From: Candidatus Omnitrophota bacterium
GTDB taxonomy: Bacteria; Omnitrophota; Gorgyraeia; VGKH01; JBHPFN01
Direction: 5' to 3'
Length of the DNA: 64,000 bases
Assembly: GCA_042571725.1 (NCBI GenBank)
Contig: JBHPFN010000003.1
Span: forward strand, 2,245-66,244
The translations under genes and the position numbers were made by a program. Within the stretch, counting starts at the first letter, position 1; the number at the start of each line of letters is the position of its first letter. The notes under the pieces are model-generated. The model did not search any database. It was not told the DNA's origin and worked only from the letters and a program-made list of their open reading frames with translations. Positions 58,244 through 64,000 of the stretch are shown piece after piece.

Positions 58244-58615
58244 CTATTTTGGTCTTTTTGCACCGTATTTTGACCGCGACTGCCTTCTATTTGAAACTCC
58301 TGATGTATCTAATGTGCCTCTTACAATATGAAATCGAACACCGGGCAAATCTTTTACTCTTCCACCTCTTACAAGAACAATAGAATGCTCTTGAAGATTA
58401 TGCCCTTCTCCCGGTATATAGGAAGATACCTCGATACCCGTAGTGAGCCGCACTCTTGCTACTTTTCGCAGAGCAGAGTTTGGTTTTTTGGGCGTCATGG
58501 TTTTTACTTGAACGCATACGCCGCGCCTTTGAGGACACTGTTGTAATGCCCTGGCTTTAGTCTTTTTGATCTTCCTGCTTCGACCCTTTCGGATCAGCTG
58601 CGATATTGTCGGCAT
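58244..58615 (-). CDS. rpsL: 30S ribosomal protein S12
   Basis: 123 aa. [12 protein letters not shown] and [10 protein letters not shown] are present. Its first 59 nt lie inside the 3' end of rpoC. Confidence 0.96.
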   Translation of the reverse strand: MPTISQLIRKGRSRKIKKTKARALQQCPQRRGVCVQVKTMTPKKPNSALRKVARVRLTTGIEVSSYIPGEGHNLQEHSIVLVRGGRVKDLPGVRFHIVRGTLDTSGVSNRRQSRSKYGAKRPK

Positions 58616-61600
58616 GTTTCACCATTTCGATTTTTCGATGGCCCTTAAACCCTGTCCCCGCAGGAATTAAATGGCCAACTATGACATTTTCTTTTAAGCC
58701 ACGCAACTCATCAATCTTTCCAGAAGCTGATGCTTCTGTCAATACACGTGTAGTCTCCTGAAAGCTCGCCGCAGAAATAAAGCTTTCTGTGGTGAGCGAT
58801 ACTTTTGTAATACCCAATAGGAGCGGAGTTGCCGCAGCAGCTTTGCCTTTTTTCTTTACCACTTTTTGATTCTCTTTTCTGAATGCACTTCTATCGATTT
58901 GTTGACCCGTTAAGAATTCAGTGTCTCCCGGGTCTTCAATTTTAACCTTTTTAAGCATCTGTCGGATGATTACTTCGATATGTTTATCATTTATGCGTAC
59001 TCCTTGAAGCCTATACACTTCTTGTACTTCATTAACAAGGTATTCTTGTAATACTTTATCTCCGCAGACTCTCAAGATGTCCTGAGGTACTACTGGACCA
59101 TCAGTAAGCTGTTGTCCAGCGGTTGCTCGATCACCTTTATATACATTGGGATGTTTTCCGTGAGGAATGGTATATTCTCTTATCATGCCAGTTTGGCTCT
59201 TTACAATAATTTTTCGTTCACCCTTTTTAGTCTCACCAAACTCAACAAATCCGTCGATTTCGCTGATAATTGCAGGATCTTTAGGTCGCCGCGCCTCAAA
59301 TAGTTCTGCCACTCTTGGTAAACCACCGGTGATGTCTCTTGTTTTTCCGACAACTCTGGGAATTTTTGCAACGAGCTCTCCAGCGTCTACCTTCGATCCG
59401 TCTTGTACCATGATATGGGCTCCGGCAGGAATTGGATAAATGCCGAGCACTTCCCTTGCTTCATTTAGAATAATTATTTGCGGATGATATTCCTGTTTAT
59501 GCTCAACTACCACTCTTTCCGAGATGCCTGTTACTGTGTTGAGTTCTTCGCGAACCGTAACGTTTTCTTTCAAGTCTTCGAATCTTACAATTCCTTGAAC
59601 TTCTGTAAGAATAGGAGACGTATAGGGATCCCAGTGAACGAATACTGAGGCTTTGGCAACGGAAGAGCCTTCAGCCGTAGAGATAAAAGAACCTTGCGGA
59701 ATTGTGTAGCGCTCAAGCTCTCTGCCTTGCTCATCGTTAATGCTTATTGAGGCATTGCGATTTAACACAACAAATTCCTTTTTACGCTCTACGCAGCGTA
59801 AATTATGGAATTTTAAAACACCTTTATTTTTTGCACGAATAAACGATTGTTCGATAATGCGACTTGCCGTACCTCCTATATGGAAAGTACGCATGGTTAG
59901 CTGCGTGCCTGGCTCACCGATGCTTTGAGCAGCAATAATTCCTACTGCTTCTCCCGGCTCAACCAGTTTTTGGGTGGCGAGGTTTCTTCCGTAGCACCTG
60001 ATGCATAAGCCATGCTCAGCTTCGCACGTCAGAACGCTTCGTATGCGTATTTTTTCAATTCCTAATCGCTCAACGATTTCAGCTTTTTCTTCTGAGATTT
60101 GTTGTCCCGATTCAACAATCAACTCATCGGTAATAACATCTACGATGTTATCCAATGCGACTCTACCCATAATTCTTTCTTTTAGAGGAACCACTATTTC
60201 ATCTCCCTCAATTATGGCAGAAACAGTGATGCCATTAAGCGTTCCGCAATCTTCTTCAGTAATGATAAGTTCTTGAGCAACATCAATTAATCTTCGAGTT
60301 AGATAGCCGGCGTCTGCAGTTTTTAAAGCAGTGTCAGCTAATCCTTTTCTTGCACCGTGAGTAGAAATGAAGTATTCCAATACGGTAAGTCCTTCTCTAA
60401 AGTTTGCGGTAATGGGGCTTTCGATGATTTCTCCCGAAGGTTTAGCCATGAGCCCGCGCATACCCGCAAGCTGTCGAATTTGAAGTTTTGAGCCCCTTGC
60501 TCCAGAATCAGCCATCATGAATATCGGATTGAATGCGTCCATTTCTTTAAAAACGTGATCGGAGATTTGCTCTGTGGCATGCGTCCAGATATCTACAATT
60601 TTATTATAGCGCTCTCTCTCGGTAATAACTCCTTTTCGATACTGGTCTTCTACTTTGTGTGTGCTTTGCTTTGCTTCTTTTAGGCAATCGGCCTTCGCTT
60701 TTGGAATCTTAAGATCATCCACGCTTATAGAAATTCCTGCACGGGTTGCATATTCAAAACCCAGCTCTTTGATATCATCTAATAATGTAATTGTAGCGTG
60801 ATGGCCAAACCGTTTGTAGCAGTCGCTTACAATTTCTCCAATGCGTTTTTTGCCTAATGGTTCATTTACAAAGCCAAACCCCTCTGGCAACAATTGATTG
60901 AAAATAATCCTGCCAGCTGTAGTTTCAATAATCCGTGACTTAGTTTCAACTTCTTCTTGCTTACCTTCAGTCTCTTCCTGCCACACAGGTTCCTTTATTC
61001 TTAATTTTATCTTAGCATGCAGGTTAATTACGCCGTCGTCAAGCGCAACGGTCGTTTCGCCCGCATTGGCAAAAATCTTTCCTTCGCCTTTTGCAGAAAA
61101 TCGCTCTTTGCAAAGGTAGGAAGTGCCTAGAACAATATCTTGTGTGGGTGTTACGATGGGTCTACCGTCAGCAGGAGAAAAAATATTATTTACAGAAAGC
61201 ATCAATAGCTTTGCTTCTAATTGAGACTCTAGAGAAAGCGGTACGTGGGCTGCCATTTGATCTCCGTCAAAGTCGGCATTAAATGCAGCGCATACCAAAG
61301 GATGTATTTTAATCGCTTTTCCTTCAATAAGCATAGGTTGAAATGCTTGAACGCTTAATCGATGTAGCGTAGGTGCTCTATTTAGCATTATGGGGTGGTC
61401 GCGAATAACGCTATCTAAAATATCCCAGACTTCAATCTTTGCGCGTTCTACCATTCGCTTAGCACCTTTTATGGTGTGAACAAACCCTTTTTCTCTCAAT
61501 TTTCTGATAATAAAAGGTTCAAATAATTCTAGGGCCATGTGTTTTGGCAAGCCGCATTGGTGCAATTTCAGCTCTGGTCCTACTACAATAACGGAACGTC

Positions 61601-62624
61601 CGGAATAGTCAACCCTCTTTCCTAACAGGTTTTGGCGAAAGCGACCCTGCTTGCCCTTAAGCATATCTGATAAAGATTTAAGCGGTCGGTTATTTGCTCC
61701 AAGAACAGGTCTACCATGGCGACCATTGTCTAATAACGCATCGACTGCTTCTTGAAGCATTCTTTTTTCATTGCGGACAATAATGTCAGGTGCGTTTAGT
61801 TCCAGTAATTTTTTAAGACGATTATTTCTATTAATAACTCTTCGATAAAGATCATTCAAGTCCGAAGTAGCAAATCTACCACCATCCAGAGGCACCAAGG
61901 GCCTTAAATCTGGAGGAATAACAGGAAGTGATTGCAATATCATATACTCGGGTTTGTTTTCTGACTTACGAAAATCTTCGCCAATTTTTAATACCTTTGC
62001 GATGCGCCGTACAGTTGTCACTTGCGCTTTTGAAGACTCCAGTTCCTTACGCAGCTTTTTACAAAGTTGCGTAAGGTCAATTTCTTTAAGTAGGTCTAAA
62101 ATTGCCTCTGCGCCAATTTTTGCCTTAAAGGTAGCGCCATATTTCGACACATAATCTTGATAGCGATCCTCGGATAGAAATTCTTTTTTCTTTAAGTCAG
62201 TTTCTCCAGGATCAGTAACAATATACTCTTCATAGTAAATAACCTTTTCTAAATCACGCAAGCCAATCTGCAGAATAGCAGCAAGGCGACTAGGGACCGC
62301 TTTGAAGAACCAAATATGCGACACAGGACATGCTAATTCTATGTGCCCCAGTCTTTCTCGGCGCACAGAAGCGCGTGTAATTTCTACGCCGCACCTATCA
62401 CAGGTAGTGCCCTTAAACTTTTGTCCTTTATATTTTCCGCAGTTACATTCCCAGTCGCGAACAGGGCCAAAAATCTTTTCGCAGAACAATCCGTCTTTTT
62501 CTGGTTTAAGCGTCCTGTAGTTAAGCGTTTCTGCCTTTTTTACTTCGCCGCTTGACCAAGAAAGGATGTCTTGAGCAGATGCAATGTTTATTGATAAACT
62601 GTCAAATTTTATTGAATCTTCCAT
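58557..62624 (-). CDS. rpoC: DNA-directed RNA polymerase subunit beta'
   Basis: 1355 aa. The N-terminal zinc site CNCGKY...CDRCGVE and the catalytic motif NADFDGDQM are present. Confidence 0.98.
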   Translation of the reverse strand: MEDSIKFDSLSINIASAQDILSWSSGEVKKAETLNYRTLKPEKDGLFCEKIFGPVRDWECNCGKYKGQKFKGTTCDRCGVEITRASVRRERLGHIELACPVSHIWFFKAVPSRLAAILQIGLRDLEKVIYYEEYIVTDPGETDLKKKEFLSEDRYQDYVSKYGATFKAKIGAEAILDLLKEIDLTQLCKKLRKELESSKAQVTTVRRIAKVLKIGEDFRKSENKPEYMILQSLPVIPPDLRPLVPLDGGRFATSDLNDLYRRVINRNNRLKKLLELNAPDIIVRNEKRMLQEAVDALLDNGRHGRPVLGANNRPLKSLSDMLKGKQGRFRQNLLGKRVDYSGRSVIVVGPELKLHQCGLPKHMALELFEPFIIRKLREKGFVHTIKGAKRMVERAKIEVWDILDSVIRDHPIMLNRAPTLHRLSVQAFQPMLIEGKAIKIHPLVCAAFNADFDGDQMAAHVPLSLESQLEAKLLMLSVNNIFSPADGRPIVTPTQDIVLGTSYLCKERFSAKGEGKIFANAGETTVALDDGVINLHAKIKLRIKEPVWQEETEGKQEEVETKSRIIETTAGRIIFNQLLPEGFGFVNEPLGKKRIGEIVSDCYKRFGHHATITLLDDIKELGFEYATRAGISISVDDLKIPKAKADCLKEAKQSTHKVEDQYRKGVITERERYNKIVDIWTHATEQISDHVFKEMDAFNPIFMMADSGARGSKLQIRQLAGMRGLMAKPSGEIIESPITANFREGLTVLEYFISTHGARKGLADTALKTADAGYLTRRLIDVAQELIITEEDCGTLNGITVSAIIEGDEIVVPLKERIMGRVALDNIVDVITDELIVESGQQISEEKAEIVERLGIEKIRIRSVLTCEAEHGLCIRCYGRNLATQKLVEPGEAVGIIAAQSIGEPGTQLTMRTFHIGGTASRIIEQSFIRAKNKGVLKFHNLRCVERKKEFVVLNRNASISINDEQGRELERYTIPQGSFISTAEGSSVAKASVFVHWDPYTSPILTEVQGIVRFEDLKENVTVREELNTVTGISERVVVEHKQEYHPQIIILNEAREVLGIYPIPAGAHIMVQDGSKVDAGELVAKIPRVVGKTRDITGGLPRVAELFEARRPKDPAIISEIDGFVEFGETKKGERKIIVKSQTGMIREYTIPHGKHPNVYKGDRATAGQQLTDGPVVPQDILRVCGDKVLQEYLVNEVQEVYRLQGVRINDKHIEVIIRQMLKKVKIEDPGDTEFLTGQQIDRSAFRKENQKVVKKKGKAAAATPLLLGITKVSLTTESFISAASFQETTRVLTEASASGKIDELRGLKENVIVGHLIPAGTGFKGHRKIEMVKHADNIAADPKGSKQEDQKD

Positions 62625-62629
62625 AATCG

Positions 62630-64000
62630 TTATTTTTGCTTTTCAGTTTTTACGTTTAGTCCTAATCCTTGCAGCTCTTTAATTAAAACATTGAATGACT
62701 CAGGAGTGCCTGTGTGTAAGCGTTGTTCCCCTTTGACAATTGCCTCATAAATCCTGCTTCTTCCTGCTACGTCATCACTTTTTACCGTCAGAATCTCTTG
62801 TAAACAAAATGCCGCTCCATATGCTTCTAGAGCCCATACCTCCATCTCGCCGAATCTCTGCCCACCAAAGTGAGCCTTGCCGCCCAATGGCTGTTGGGTA
62901 ACTAACGAATATGGTCCGATCGAGCGAGCGTGAATTTTTTCATCAACTAAATGAATCAGCTTCATCATATATATGTAGCCAACAGTTACTTGTTGTTCAA
63001 AGGGAAGTCCAGTAAAGCCGTCATAGAGTATTATTTTACCAAGCTCGGGAAGCTCTGCTTCTCGCAGCATTTCTTTTATCTGGCTTTCTTTTGCTCCATC
63101 AAATACAGGGCTTGCGATATGCAGTCCTAGAATCTTGGCAGCCCATCCCAGGTGAGTCTCTAGTATTTGCCCAACATTCATTCTTGAGGGAACGCCCAGA
63201 GGATTGAGAACAATTTCTACCGGAGTCCCATCGGGTAAAAACGGCATATCTGCCTCAGGTAAAATCTTAGCAACTACTCCTTTATTACCGTGACGACCTG
63301 CGATTTTATCTCCCGCAGAAAGCCTTCGCTTTGTGGCAACATTGACGACCACTCTTTTGATAACTCCAGCTGGGAGCTCGTCTCCTTGCTTAACTCTCTC
63401 GATTTCCTGATCTTGTTCTTCAATCAATTCTTTTACTCGATCTTCAAAAAAACCGATAATCTGCTTTGCATCATCATTGTTTGCAAAATCCATCTTGTCA
63501 ACTTTTTTCTTATCAACCCCAACGAGCTTTGCAAGTCTCTGTCGTCTTTCATCATCTAAGAATTGAACTTCTTGTTTATAATATTTTTTAATTTTATCGA
63601 TTTGTGCTAATTCTTTTGTTTTATCCTCTTTGGTTTTTCTACCTCTTTCCTTGCGCTGGAACACCTCAACATTAATTGCCACGCCTTCAACGCCAGGGGC
63701 AGCAGTGAGGGAAGTATCGCGAATATCAGCAGCCTTTTCGCCGAATATTGCCCGCAATAACCTTTCTTCTGGAGAAAGTTCCTTTTCGGTTTTAGGGGTT
63801 ACTTTTCCAACTAAAACATCTCCTGGTTTTACTTCGGCTCCGATGCGAATAATTCCGTTTTCGTCAAGATCTTTAAGCGCATCTTCTCCCACATTAGGGA
63901 TATCGCGAGTCAATTCTTCATTGCCAAGCCGAGTTTCACGAGCCTCAACTTCGAACCGTTCAATATGAATAGAGGTAAATGCGTCTTCTTTTACTAATTT
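62630..64000 (-). CDS. rpoB: DNA-directed RNA polymerase subunit beta (C-terminal about 456 aa; 5' end beyond window)
   Basis: The frame is open from the window edge ([37 protein letters not shown]...). The ORF-track start at 63913 is an internal [12 protein letters not shown] and [14 protein letters not shown] are present. Confidence 0.97.
   Translation of the reverse strand, partial: KLVKEDAFTSIHIERFEVEARETRLGNEELTRDIPNVGEDALKDLDENGIIRIGAEVKPGDVLVGKVTPKTEKELSPEERLLRAIFGEKAADIRDTSLTAAPGVEGVAINVEVFQRKERGRKTKEDKTKELAQIDKIKKYYKQEVQFLDDERRQRLAKLVGVDKKKVDKMDFANNDDAKQIIGFFEDRVKELIEEQDQEIERVKQGDELPAGVIKRVVVNVATKRRLSAGDKIAGRHGNKGVVAKILPEADMPFLPDGTPVEIVLNPLGVPSRMNVGQILETHLGWAAKILGLHIASPVFDGAKESQIKEMLREAELPELGKIILYDGFTGLPFEQQVTVGYIYMMKLIHLVDEKIHARSIGPYSLVTQQPLGGKAHFGGQRFGEMEVWALEAYGAAFCLQEILTVKSDDVAGRSRIYEAIVKGEQRLHTGTPESFNVLIKELQGLGLNVKTEKQK

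Noticed and set aside
1-64000. Alternative genetic code or stop-codon reassignment as an explanation for the ORF-poor left edge
   Set aside because: TAA, TAG (aroB, lpd) and TGA (HIT gene at 12063-12065) all terminate conserved proteins at the expected lengths. The left-edge gap in the ORF track is explained by the ORF running off the window.

Overview
AT-rich bacterial chromosomal window that is almost entirely housekeeping and very tightly packed. I count 89 protein-coding genes and one tRNA-Gly(CCC). I saw no rRNA, CRISPR array, transposase or integrase. Positions 39.5-64 kb hold a fused rpoB-rpoC / str (rpsL-rpsG-fusA-tuf) / S10 / spc / alpha ribosomal super-cluster, all on the minus strand. 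Positions 6.4-39.5 kb continue on the same strand with central metabolism (aroB, aroQ, thiC, pfkA, accBC, lpd, mdh, icd, an aconitase-family pair, an aspartate aminotransferase), envelope genes (LysM/M23, SPOR, SH3, S2P, heptose, glycolipid and acyltransferase genes), pilT, and a nucleotide-hydrolase string. The first 6.4 kb is the only accessory-looking part. It holds an edge-truncated ORF of at least 800 aa that the ORF track omits, a 52-aa membrane micro-ORF, flavin reductase/NIL/DUF4416, two PilZ receptors flanking a Cys4 mini-protein, and a divergent ExeA/GspB-like pair (the only plus-strand genes). A 'small basic protein' signature suggests a PVC-related or Omnitrophota-like uncultured lineage; this is a low-confidence call made from memory. 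I found no convincing self-contained novel system. The observations most worth a second look are: (1) the overlapping operon of a P-loop ATPase with nuclease-like tail, YfcE-type esterase, HIT, dGTPase and GAF-HD-GYP; (2) a stand-alone lipoyl domain with LipB and E3 but no E1/E2; (3) a LeuCD-type aconitase-family pair split by pilT next to icd/mdh; (4) a 59-nt rpoC/rpsL coding overlap; (5) a 57.5-kb one-strand gene array with no spacer above about 53 nt; (6) the unassigned large ORF at the left edge. All functional calls rest on motif recognition by eye and memory; no searches were run.
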